Assembly (NCBI GenBank): GCA_017518185.1
Contig: JAFWWB010000037.1
Coordinates: forward strand, 13,486-77,485
DNA from: Lachnospiraceae bacterium
Lineage (GTDB): Bacteria; Bacillota; Clostridia; Lachnospirales; Lachnospiraceae
Length of the DNA stretch: 64,000 nucleotides
Reading direction: 5' to 3'
The notes under the pieces were generated by a model, which did no database searches, was not told the origin of the DNA, and saw only the letters and a program-made list of their open reading frames with translations. The position numbers and the translations under genes are program-made. This document shows positions 8,632 to 16,938 of the stretch, piece after piece. The number at the start of each line of letters is the position of its first letter. Positions within the stretch are counted from its first letter, which is position 1.

Positions 8632-9119
8632 TCTTCCTTCCTCCTGCCCGTCACGCCGAGTCTTTCCTGTATAGCCTTCACACATCTTCTTGCCACCCAG
8701 GTCCTGCTGCCGTCCTCAAGCGTGATGCCTATGGTCCCGGCTATATCCAGATCAAAACCTGAGACCTTCTTCAGATTTACTATCTCAGAACGGCTGATGC
8801 GGACAAACAGCTTTTCGTCCAGCAGCTCCTCCAGTTCCTTTAATGCGAGTCTGGATTCATATCTCCCCGTGGCCGTGCACACAAAAAGCCTGCGGTTCTC
8901 CATATAAGCCCGCAGGATATCCTTCTGGTCCAGTAATGTCAGCAGGTCCCCGTCATACACCACCACTCTGGAAGGGTCGCGGCGCATGCATTCCCGGACC
9001 GCTTTTACAACGGCCTCCACAAGTTCGTCCCTCTTATCGGTTTTGATGATGATCTGAGGCGTATCGCACTCCGGGTCTATCTCCACCCGGACATTCAGCC
9101 TGCTGTCGCTGGGTTCCAT
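8628..9119 (-). CDS. Stand-alone LytTR-family transcriptional regulator, paralog of 7695-8180
   Basis: FVRISRSEIVNL, VARRCV; colinear with the neighbouring LytTR. Confidence 0.85.
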   Translation of the reverse strand: MEPSDSRLNVRVEIDPECDTPQIIIKTDKRDELVEAVVKAVRECMRRDPSRVVVYDGDLLTLLDQKDILRAYMENRRLFVCTATGRYESRLALKELEELLDEKLFVRISRSEIVNLKKVSGFDLDIAGTIGITLEDGSRTWVARRCVKAIQERLGVTGRRKEE

Positions 9120-9123
9120 AAAC

Positions 9124-9735
9124 TTACTTCTTCTCCTTACTCTGCACCATGAAGCCTGCGACGGAGAGCGCCGCTTTGGCCAGGTACCATACGTAGCCGG
9201 GTATAGTGTCCATAAAAGAGGTATCCGTGGGTAACATGGGTATCAGTTGCCGGAAGAGACTTATCACTGCAAAGCCCCCGGCTGCTGCCGTGAGTCCCAT
9301 GATGATCACCTTCTCACTTTTTGCCGTAAGCCTGGCTATGATGAGAGCTATCGCCACTCCTGCAGCCACGGAAAAGAGCGGCCAACACCAATCAGGGATC
9401 TCCACATGCTCCGCGATGAGCGCCACCAGTACCGGCGAGATCTCTTTTCTTACTATATGATATGCGGCGATAAAAATGCCGGTGCGCACAGCGCTCCAGG
9501 CAAGGCCGGCGCAGATAAGCCCCGCTGCCACCTGAAGAAGAGGAAAGATCCCTTCTCCTATTTCAATATGAAAGAACTCCAGTATATTCTGAAGCTGGGT
9601 ATAGCCTGCCGCAAAGCCTATAAGAGCCAGGGCTATCCTGCATATCTTATAGCCCTTGAAGCAGATGCCTGCCGCCGCAAAGGCCAGCACGGCCAGTACC
9701 AGCGTGTAGATAGTATTTATGTCTTCGGGGTTCAT
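9124..9735 (-). CDS. Polytopic membrane protein (DUF4203/TMEM198-like)
   Basis: About 7 hydrophobic segments; CFKGYK...ALIGFAAG pattern. Confidence 0.7.
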   Translation of the reverse strand: MNPEDINTIYTLVLAVLAFAAAGICFKGYKICRIALALIGFAAGYTQLQNILEFFHIEIGEGIFPLLQVAAGLICAGLAWSAVRTGIFIAAYHIVRKEISPVLVALIAEHVEIPDWCWPLFSVAAGVAIALIIARLTAKSEKVIIMGLTAAAGGFAVISLFRQLIPMLPTDTSFMDTIPGYVWYLAKAALSVAGFMVQSKEKK

Positions 9736-10757
9736 ATCATCTCCTTAACCGGTTCCCCTCTTCTGTAAGTCCTTCCTGAGGGGCGTCCCAGCAGTCCCGG
9801 GTAAAACTTCGGCTGCATGCCATAGCCCGGCCGGATGATCCTTATGTTCTCTTCGGTAAAGACCTCCCCCTCGGCGATATCCTTTACGGCAAATATGCTC
9901 CTTCTGAACTTAAGAGAATCCTTTTCCCCCTCAGTAAGCTCGTAAAGCTTTCCTCCCACAGCCTGAGCTGCATGCCGCACATCCCTGACCATGGAGGTAA
10001 AATCTTCCATATTCATGGAGAAGGCGCTGTCAGCGCTTTCAACGCCTTCCAGCTTCACGTGCTTTTCTATGACCTTCGCTCCCAGGGCCACTGCGGCAAC
10101 TGCGGCAGCACTTCCCGGAGAATGATCGGAAAAACCCACTTCTACTCCCAGCTTTTCCTTCATATCGGGTATATCCTTCAAATGCATATCCCCCCAGCGG
10201 GCGGGATACTCGCTGCAGCACTTGAGCAGCACGATCTTATCATTGCCCTGCCTGCGGCAGGCCTCCACGGCATCCCTCATTTCCTCCGGGCTTCCCATCC
10301 CGCAGGAGATGATCATGGTCTTTCCCTTCTTTGCGGCATATTCGATAAGGGGTATGTGGTTCAGTTCAAAGCTGGCGATCTTATAAGCCTCTGCTCCCAG
10401 CTCATCAAGGAAATCCACTGCCGCCTCATCAAAAGGGGTGGAGAGGAAATCCACTCCGCAGCTTTCGCATTCTTCTTTTATACGGGCATGCCATTCATAG
10501 GGCGTGCCGGCCTCCGTATATAACTCATAAAGACTGCTGCCGTCCCATAGCCCGCCCTTTATGCGGAAATACTCATTGTCGCAGTCGATGGTCAGGGAAT
10601 CTGCCGTATAAGTCTGTATCTTCACACAGTCGGCTCCCGCCTCCGCCGCACGGCGCACTATTTCCAGCGCGGAGGAAAGATCCCCGCCGTGGTTCGCGCT
10701 CATTTCGGCGATGACGTAGATGCCGTTGTTTTTAATTTTTTCGGATAGTGTAAACAT
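9732..10757 (-). CDS. pseI: Pseudaminic acid synthase (NeuB/PseI family)
   Basis: VIAEMSANHGG, KIQTYTADSLTIDC, GFSDHS, C-terminal SAF domain RRSIFAVKDI; start reassigned to 10757. Confidence 0.85.
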   Translation of the reverse strand: MFTLSEKIKNNGIYVIAEMSANHGGDLSSALEIVRRAAEAGADCVKIQTYTADSLTIDCDNEYFRIKGGLWDGSSLYELYTEAGTPYEWHARIKEECESCGVDFLSTPFDEAAVDFLDELGAEAYKIASFELNHIPLIEYAAKKGKTMIISCGMGSPEEMRDAVEACRRQGNDKIVLLKCCSEYPARWGDMHLKDIPDMKEKLGVEVGFSDHSPGSAAAVAAVALGAKVIEKHVKLEGVESADSAFSMNMEDFTSMVRDVRHAAQAVGGKLYELTEGEKDSLKFRRSIFAVKDIAEGEVFTEENIRIIRPGYGMQPKFYPGLLGRPSGRTYRRGEPVKEMI

Positions 10758-10761
10758 TTTT

Positions 10762-10884
10762 AGATTCCTCGACTCCACTCACTTCGTTCGTTCCGCTCGG
10801 AATGACATATTGGTGATCACTTCGTTCGTTCCGCTCAGAATGACATATTGGTGATCACTTCGTTCGTTCCGCTCGGAATGACAT
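10762..10884. repeat. REP-like palindrome plus about 2.8 tandem copies of a 38-bp unit
   Basis: Head AGATTCCTCGAC at 10762; unit TCACTTCGTTCGTTCCGCTCGGAATGACATATTGGTGA starts at 10779, 10817, 10855. Confidence 0.9.
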
Positions 10885-11538
10885 GATCCCTAATACCAGT
10901 ATCGCAGACGATCTTCCGTTATTGTATCCGAAGACGGCTTCCGGCAGTCCCTTTGCCTTGCGGCAGCCGCCGTGATCGTTATGTACACAGAACCTTTCCC
11001 TCTCTTCCTTTGTAACACACATGGTATGCACCATGGAAAAAGGGTTGTGTCCCCTGTTGAAGGAACTGAAGATGAAGCAGTCATATTCAGCTGCCAGCTT
11101 CCGGAGGCGCTCTTCCGTAAGCTTCTTTCCTTTAAGCATTTCACAGCCGAAGCCCCTTCGCCCGAAAAATCTTCTTACGGCTCCGGGATCCGTACCGAAC
11201 ACACCACGGGCACAGATGCCGTTTCCTGCAAATTCCCGAAGCAGCTCCGGAAAGCCTTCAGGCTTTCCCATGGAAAGCAGCGCATTGTAGGCGGCTATGA
11301 CCTCGCAGGCATTTTCCGCCGCCGTCAGTTCCCTGCCCTTAAAAAAGAGGATCCGGGACAGCTTCCCCGCACGGCCGTAGCTGAAGGCCGTGAGCGCTGC
11401 CTGATCCTCGATATATTTTCCTTCACGCCCGGGCCATGCCGCGCTGTTCGTCCTGAACTGCTCACCGGCAGTCTTTTCAGACAGCCGGCCTCCGAGAACG
11501 CTAAACACCGCCAGCGTGATATCGTCCATCACTGCCAT
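10855..11538 (-). CDS. Hypothetical protein with papain-like (C39-like) catalytic motifs
   Basis: NACEVIAAYNAL (Cys), GTDP, VHTMCV (His), HN; C-terminus and stop encoded by the REP array. Confidence 0.6.
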   Translation of the reverse strand: MAVMDDITLAVFSVLGGRLSEKTAGEQFRTNSAAWPGREGKYIEDQAALTAFSYGRAGKLSRILFFKGRELTAAENACEVIAAYNALLSMGKPEGFPELLREFAGNGICARGVFGTDPGAVRRFFGRRGFGCEMLKGKKLTEERLRKLAAEYDCFIFSSFNRGHNPFSMVHTMCVTKEERERFCVHNDHGGCRKAKGLPEAVFGYNNGRSSAILVLGIMSFRAERTK

Positions 11539-11586
11539 CTTTCCGAGACCACTCCCCGGAAGATTGTAACATAAATCCGCCGCTTA

Positions 11587-12252
11587 TCAAACAGTTTTTT
11601 CCTTTTCCTCGTTTTCCAGCTTCTTAAAGACCGGCTTCGCCATGGCGCATATGGTGCAGGTGATGAGCGCAGGCCCCATCAGCAGTCCGGCAAAAAGCGT
11701 GGTGTAATTCCAGCAGATCGCCGCCGCCTCGATAGCCACGAATAATACCGTGAGCACACTCCTGAAGAAAAACTTCATCGATATGCGGAAGGAATTCCTC
11801 AGGATCTTCGGTAAGCTGTTATAATACCTGGCTGTGAGCGCCGGTGCATAAAGAAAGCTGAAAAGGAACACAAAGGCCGTGACGCAGCCCGTTACTATGA
11901 GCAGCACCGAGCCCTTTTCGGAGGCCCGGACGAATTCAAAATCAAGATATACTATATAGCTGCAGACAGCCATGATGATACCCAGAGGTATCCCCTGCCT
12001 GAGATTCGCCTTGTACGCCCGGAAGAACTGCCTGGCAATGTAGCCCTCCTCCTCATCGGCCATCTTCAGCGCCACGTCCGAAGCAGCCACGCAGGAAACT
12101 CCTATGGTGACCAGAGGAAGGCTCCCTATGAGCCAGCACAGGTTCAGGACAAATATATCCCTGATCTTTGTAAGCCCCCTATACAGGGGGGAATCTATAC
12201 TGAATATCTTCATAATTGTATGAGCATGGGAAACGGCCCTCCCCGTCCTCAT
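11587..12252 (-). CDS. YesL/DUF624-family membrane protein
   Basis: LNLCWLIGSLPLVTIG and FFRAYKANLRQG motifs; start could be 12213. Confidence 0.85.
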   Translation of the reverse strand: MRTGRAVSHAHTIMKIFSIDSPLYRGLTKIRDIFVLNLCWLIGSLPLVTIGVSCVAASDVALKMADEEEGYIARQFFRAYKANLRQGIPLGIIMAVCSYIVYLDFEFVRASEKGSVLLIVTGCVTAFVFLFSFLYAPALTARYYNSLPKILRNSFRISMKFFFRSVLTVLFVAIEAAAICWNYTTLFAGLLMGPALITCTICAMAKPVFKKLENEEKEKTV

Positions 12253-12304
12253 TTAATGAGAGCAAAAAGGACCGTCCGCTTTCTTTACTCTGTACTTACC
12301 GGTA

Positions 12305-14020
12305 TCAGTTGGTCTTTACCGCATCCTCGGCAGCTTTTCTGAGGGCTGCCTCCTCGATCGACCACTCCACGCACTGCTGATAGCCGTACTCGTTCGCAAG
12401 GCTTATCATCTCGTCCACTATCTTGTCATACTCGGCATCATCCTTTGCATACATAGCCTTCCAGGTGTACTCGACTATGCACTTGGTGACCTGGTCCCAG
12501 GTGGTCTGGAACTCGTTGTCCTTCTCCCTTGCCACATAAGCCGAGCCGGGGGAAACCTTGTAATTGCCGCTTAACATGTACTCATCTACGCTTGAGCATC
12601 CGGTATACTCTCTCCAGTCAGCCTCGGTATCGCAGCGGGGCTCGCCCTGCTCGCTCTTCCAGAATTTCCAGTTGTACTTCTCGGGGCTTTCCGGATTGCT
12701 GTCGGGATTGAAAGCATCTATGGACCAGGTAGTATTGTTAATCTGCAGCATACCGTCATGGAAGGAGCCCTTGTAAGGCTCGGGCATCTGGGTGCCGTCC
12801 TGATCGTTATATGCTGTACGTCCGAAATCGGTAAAGAAGATGTTCCTATTTTCATCATAGTCCCAGCAGAGACCCTGGGGGCCGTACTCCATGGTCATGC
12901 GTCCCTGAGGGGTGCAGAGGTAATTGATGACCTCCATTGCGATGTCGGGATACTTCGAATTGGCTCCTATGCACCAGTAACGGTTGCCGCCCAGAGCGCT
13001 CTGTCCGTATACTATGGGAGAAGCGTTCTTCGGGGTGAGGGAAAGCATCATCTTGTTCTCGGCTATGTGGTTCTCGGTGTTGTAAAGTGAGGAACCCGCA
13101 TAGTTGAATATGGAGAAGAACACGCCTCCGTTCTGCACCTTCGCAGACATGGTCTCATAGGTGGTTGTCATGGAGTCGGGGCAGAGCAGGTCGTTCTGGT
13201 AAAGCTGGTTGTAGAACTTCAGGGCTCTCAGATAAGGAGAGTTGTCATCCAGCGCACCGTAGAAGCTGCCGTCGTCGGGATCATAGAGTCCTATCTCAAA
13301 CTCATCATAACCGTAGAAGGAAGTGGCTGTAGACTTCACATACATGACCATGTTGCCGTCCCAGTCAGGCCAGGAATATACAGCATAGGTGGGTTTCCCG
13401 GTCTCATCTGTGGGGCATATCTCCTTCATGTCCTTGAATACCTGGATAAGATCCTCCAGCTCGTTCACTTCGGGATAACCCAGCTCCTTATAGAGATCCC
13501 AGCGTATATCCCAGGTGTAGAAGAAGGCATCGAAGGTGTCTCCGTTGGCAACGTTGTGTCCGAAGCCGTAGGTCTTTCCGTCACCGGCGATGTCTCTGGT
13601 CTTCTGAAGAGCCACGGGCATATGTTCTTTAATATATGCGCCGTGCTCGTCCAGCATGTTATAATCCTCCCATGCAAAGAGCATTCCGTTGTTAAGGGCT
13701 CTCTGGAAGGTGTTGTCGCTGCCCAGTACCACGATGTCGCCCAGATCACCGGCCTCCATACGGGTATCGAAAGCTCCGCTCTGGTCATTGACGATGTTCA
13801 GGATAACGGGTACGCTTATTCCTGTCTGCTCGGGATCCAGAAGTATATCCGCACTCCACCCATGCTGCTCGCCGGAGTAGTTGGCAAGCTGTGAAAACAC
13901 GGTGAGTGTCACGGGTTCCGAGGATGCTGCTTTTCCGCCGCCTCCTCCGCAGGCTGCAAGACTTCCCGCCAGCATTGCGCCGCCGATCCCGGCAGCCAGC
14001 AGTTTTTTCCAATTCTTCAT
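12305..14020 (-). CDS. Carbohydrate ABC transporter solute-binding lipoprotein
   Basis: Lipobox SLAACGGG; LplA-like binding-protein size and composition. Confidence 0.9.
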   Translation of the reverse strand: MKNWKKLLAAGIGGAMLAGSLAACGGGGGKAASSEPVTLTVFSQLANYSGEQHGWSADILLDPEQTGISVPVILNIVNDQSGAFDTRMEAGDLGDIVVLGSDNTFQRALNNGMLFAWEDYNMLDEHGAYIKEHMPVALQKTRDIAGDGKTYGFGHNVANGDTFDAFFYTWDIRWDLYKELGYPEVNELEDLIQVFKDMKEICPTDETGKPTYAVYSWPDWDGNMVMYVKSTATSFYGYDEFEIGLYDPDDGSFYGALDDNSPYLRALKFYNQLYQNDLLCPDSMTTTYETMSAKVQNGGVFFSIFNYAGSSLYNTENHIAENKMMLSLTPKNASPIVYGQSALGGNRYWCIGANSKYPDIAMEVINYLCTPQGRMTMEYGPQGLCWDYDENRNIFFTDFGRTAYNDQDGTQMPEPYKGSFHDGMLQINNTTWSIDAFNPDSNPESPEKYNWKFWKSEQGEPRCDTEADWREYTGCSSVDEYMLSGNYKVSPGSAYVAREKDNEFQTTWDQVTKCIVEYTWKAMYAKDDAEYDKIVDEMISLANEYGYQQCVEWSIEEAALRKAAEDAVKTN

Positions 14021-14059
14021 TCCGGTTATTACCTCCTCTGAAAATATGTAGATTGTTTA

Positions 14060-15139
14060 TTAACCCTTCACCGCGCCCAGCATGATACCCTCTTCGAAAT
14101 ACTGCTGCATGAAAGGATATACGCAGAGTATGGGGATTATGGATACCATGGAGATCGTGTATTTTATGGTCTTCGCAGCGGCCACGCTCCTGGCAGCAGC
14201 ATCACCCGCGCCGGTTCCCGTGACACTGGTCACATCCGACGCCTGGTTCATGTAAACATAGAGCACATGCTGAAGAGTCCTCAGCTTCGGTTCATTGCTC
14301 ATCAAAAGCAGTGAATCCTGGAAGGAGTTCCAGTTTCCCACGGCGCCGAATATGGCGATCGTAGCCAGTATGGGCTTCGACAGAGGCCATATGATCTTCC
14401 AGAAAACAGTCATATGGCTGGCCCCGTCCATATAGGCGCTCTCCTGCAGCTCTCCCGGTATACCCTCTATATAGGTCTTCACCAGGATTATGTTATAAGG
14501 CGCCACGATACCGGGGATGATATATGCCACAAAGTGATTGGTGAGGCCCAGCATCTGCATGTTCATGTACCAGGGGATCAGGCCTGCGTTAAAATACATG
14601 GTTATCACCAGGAACCTGTAGAAGAACTTCCTGTGCCACATCTCCTCCTTGGTCACAAGGTATCCCACAAAACCGGAGGCCACCACCATGGTCGCTGTAC
14701 CCAGTATGGTACGGAGTATCGATACGATGACCGACTGCCACATGTCGCTTACCGCGAACATCTTCTGGTAGTTTGAGAGGGTAAAGCCCTTTGGTATGAA
14801 GTTCACCGCTCCCCTCGACACCATGTCGGGATCCGAGATGGTGTTTATGAAGAGATAGTAGAACGGGAAAATGCACAGTATGGTAAACAGCGCGAAGAAT
14901 GCATAATCCAGTATATAGAAGATCACATCTCCGGGCTGGCGGCGGAACTTTGCTTTCTTACGCATATCCACCACGGTCTCATTCCCCTCGGCATCAACTA
15001 TGGTGACCTTCCTGGGGTTGAACGCCTTCTCCTTCTGTGACTGTTCTATACGCTCAAGCTCGGCCTGCTCCTCCCGCTCTGCTCTCGACATAACGGAAGT
15101 ACTCTGCTCCTCAGCGTTTGTTATTCTCTCATCATCCAT
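14060..15139 (-). CDS. Carbohydrate ABC transporter permease (LplC-type)
   Basis: EAA-like loop ELQESAYMDGAS; C-terminal GIMLGAVKG. Confidence 0.9.
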   Translation of the reverse strand: MDDERITNAEEQSTSVMSRAEREEQAELERIEQSQKEKAFNPRKVTIVDAEGNETVVDMRKKAKFRRQPGDVIFYILDYAFFALFTILCIFPFYYLFINTISDPDMVSRGAVNFIPKGFTLSNYQKMFAVSDMWQSVIVSILRTILGTATMVVASGFVGYLVTKEEMWHRKFFYRFLVITMYFNAGLIPWYMNMQMLGLTNHFVAYIIPGIVAPYNIILVKTYIEGIPGELQESAYMDGASHMTVFWKIIWPLSKPILATIAIFGAVGNWNSFQDSLLLMSNEPKLRTLQHVLYVYMNQASDVTSVTGTGAGDAAARSVAAAKTIKYTISMVSIIPILCVYPFMQQYFEEGIMLGAVKG

Positions 15140-15169
15140 TAAAGAATGCCTCCTTACAAATACTGCGCC

Positions 15170-16726
15170 TTATACTATGCTCTCCCCGCGCACCAGCTTT
15201 GAAATGGTGTTGGCCATGAAGAACAGCACGATACTGACTATGGACTTCGTCATACCCACCACGGTTGACAGGGGTATGTTGCCCTTGGAACCTATACCTA
15301 TGTTGTAAACATAAAGATCGAGCACTTCCATATGCGCCATGTTGGCCTGGTTTGAGAATACCAGGTACTGGTCCAGACCGTTGGAAAGGGCTCCTGCCAC
15401 AGCCAGCAGCAGCATTACCATGAAAGTGGGCATAAGGCCCGGAATGGTAACGTGCCAGATCTTCTGGAAACGTCCCGCGCCGTCCACGGTGGCCGCCTCA
15501 TACAGCTGCTGGTCGATGCCGGAAATGCCGGCGATATAGATGATGGCGCTCCAGCCGGTACCCTTCCACATTCCCCAGGCCAGCATCTTAAGCCAGGTGT
15601 GGGAATCGCTCATAAGGTAGTTGGTGCCGGGTTTGATCCAGCCAAGCTGGGATCCGAAAAAGTTGCTTATGAAACCTTCGGTGGAGAAGATGGTAAAAGC
15701 TATGGTGTACACCAGCACCCAGCTTATAAAATTGGGGATGGTGGTAAAGGTCTGAACAAAACGCTTGAAGGTCTTATTGCCGATCTCAGCCAGCAGTATG
15801 GCGAAAGCCAGCGGGACCCAGCTCGTGATGATCCCCAGCGCAGACATTGCCAGTGTATTTCCCAGCACCCTGACTATGTCCCTTCTGGTAGCGGAGTTCT
15901 GCAGGAGCTGTACGAAATAGGTGCTGCCTGCCCACTTGTCCATGCTGAGCACCTCACCGGGCTTGTAGTGGAAGAAGGCGTATCTCCAGCCCCAGAGAGG
16001 CAGATAAGCGAAAACGAAGGTCAGCAGCGCAAAGGGAAGGAACATGAGAAAGAGCTGGTACTTCGTATGCATCTCAAAGTCTTCCGCAGGATCCGCCTTG
16101 GGAACCACCAAAAGGGTTATGACACCAAGCACCAGTATAACGCCCATCAATATGGCGTAGGCAGGAAGCCCGACGGGTATCATGGCTCCGATCTCCTTTA
16201 CCGCCGAGGCCTGTACGTAGCTGAAATATATCAGGGTAAGACCCACCAGCGAAGCCAGGGATCCGGGGATCGTGACCATAAAGGACACATGCTTCACCCT
16301 GTTATTGCCCAGGGACATGCAGATGCCCACTCCCGCTGCGATGATACCCAGAACAGTGACTATGGCTCCCGCATAGAGCAGATAGAAAATGCCTGCATCT
16401 ATGAAGCCGCGCTCCAGCTGGAATGAGAAGTTTGTCACTATACTTGAATAAGACACTGCAGAAGTAAAAAGTGAAATGCTGTTCCTGATATTCTCGCTGA
16501 TCCTTGCCGGGTTAAAAGACGGGATGAAGATAAAAAAGAATGCAAGCAGCGCCAGGATCCTCTGGCAGGCAAAGAGATAAGCGGCAGGTTCTTTATTTGT
16601 TCCCTCGCCTGTATATCTCACCTTCATCTTTTCGGACTTCTTCTTTTCGGGAGTGTTCTTTTCTCCGGGATCAGTCTTCTCCCCGGGAACCGGCTCCCTG
16701 TCGGGGAGTTTTGTTTCTTCGGACAT
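15170..16726 (-). CDS. Carbohydrate ABC transporter permease (LplB-type) with an extra N-terminal membrane domain
   Basis: LYEAATVDGAGRFQKIWHVT EAA motif; about 200 extra N-terminal residues with about 4 TM helices. Confidence 0.9.
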   Translation of the reverse strand: MSEETKLPDREPVPGEKTDPGEKNTPEKKKSEKMKVRYTGEGTNKEPAAYLFACQRILALLAFFFIFIPSFNPARISENIRNSISLFTSAVSYSSIVTNFSFQLERGFIDAGIFYLLYAGAIVTVLGIIAAGVGICMSLGNNRVKHVSFMVTIPGSLASLVGLTLIYFSYVQASAVKEIGAMIPVGLPAYAILMGVILVLGVITLLVVPKADPAEDFEMHTKYQLFLMFLPFALLTFVFAYLPLWGWRYAFFHYKPGEVLSMDKWAGSTYFVQLLQNSATRRDIVRVLGNTLAMSALGIITSWVPLAFAILLAEIGNKTFKRFVQTFTTIPNFISWVLVYTIAFTIFSTEGFISNFFGSQLGWIKPGTNYLMSDSHTWLKMLAWGMWKGTGWSAIIYIAGISGIDQQLYEAATVDGAGRFQKIWHVTIPGLMPTFMVMLLLAVAGALSNGLDQYLVFSNQANMAHMEVLDLYVYNIGIGSKGNIPLSTVVGMTKSIVSIVLFFMANTISKLVRGESIV

Positions 16727-16883
16727 ATTCCCTGCCTCCTTTCGCTCCGCTCTTGTGTATATGACACAAAAAACACGGCGCCATGTCTTGTAGATTATAC
16801 AAAAAAAAGACCTGAAATTATACAGGTAAAATTCCCAAAAATGTCAGGGTGTTTTTGTAAGCACTTTCAATCCCCGGCAGAGC

Positions 16884-16910
16884 AAAAGCCCCGGGCAGAA
16901 AGCCCGGGGC
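16884..16910 (-). terminator. Intrinsic terminator after the anchored surface protein
   Basis: GCCCCGGGC-TTTCT-GCCCGGGGC then TTTT on the minus strand. Confidence 0.85.
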
Positions 16911-16938
16911 CGTCGATCATCAGCTTAAGATCCTGAGT

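Noticed and set aside
10779-10884. 38-bp arrays (also 62921-63050) as CRISPR
   Set aside because: The units are contiguous near-identical tandem repeats with no unique spacers, derive from a REP-like palindrome, and no cas genes are present
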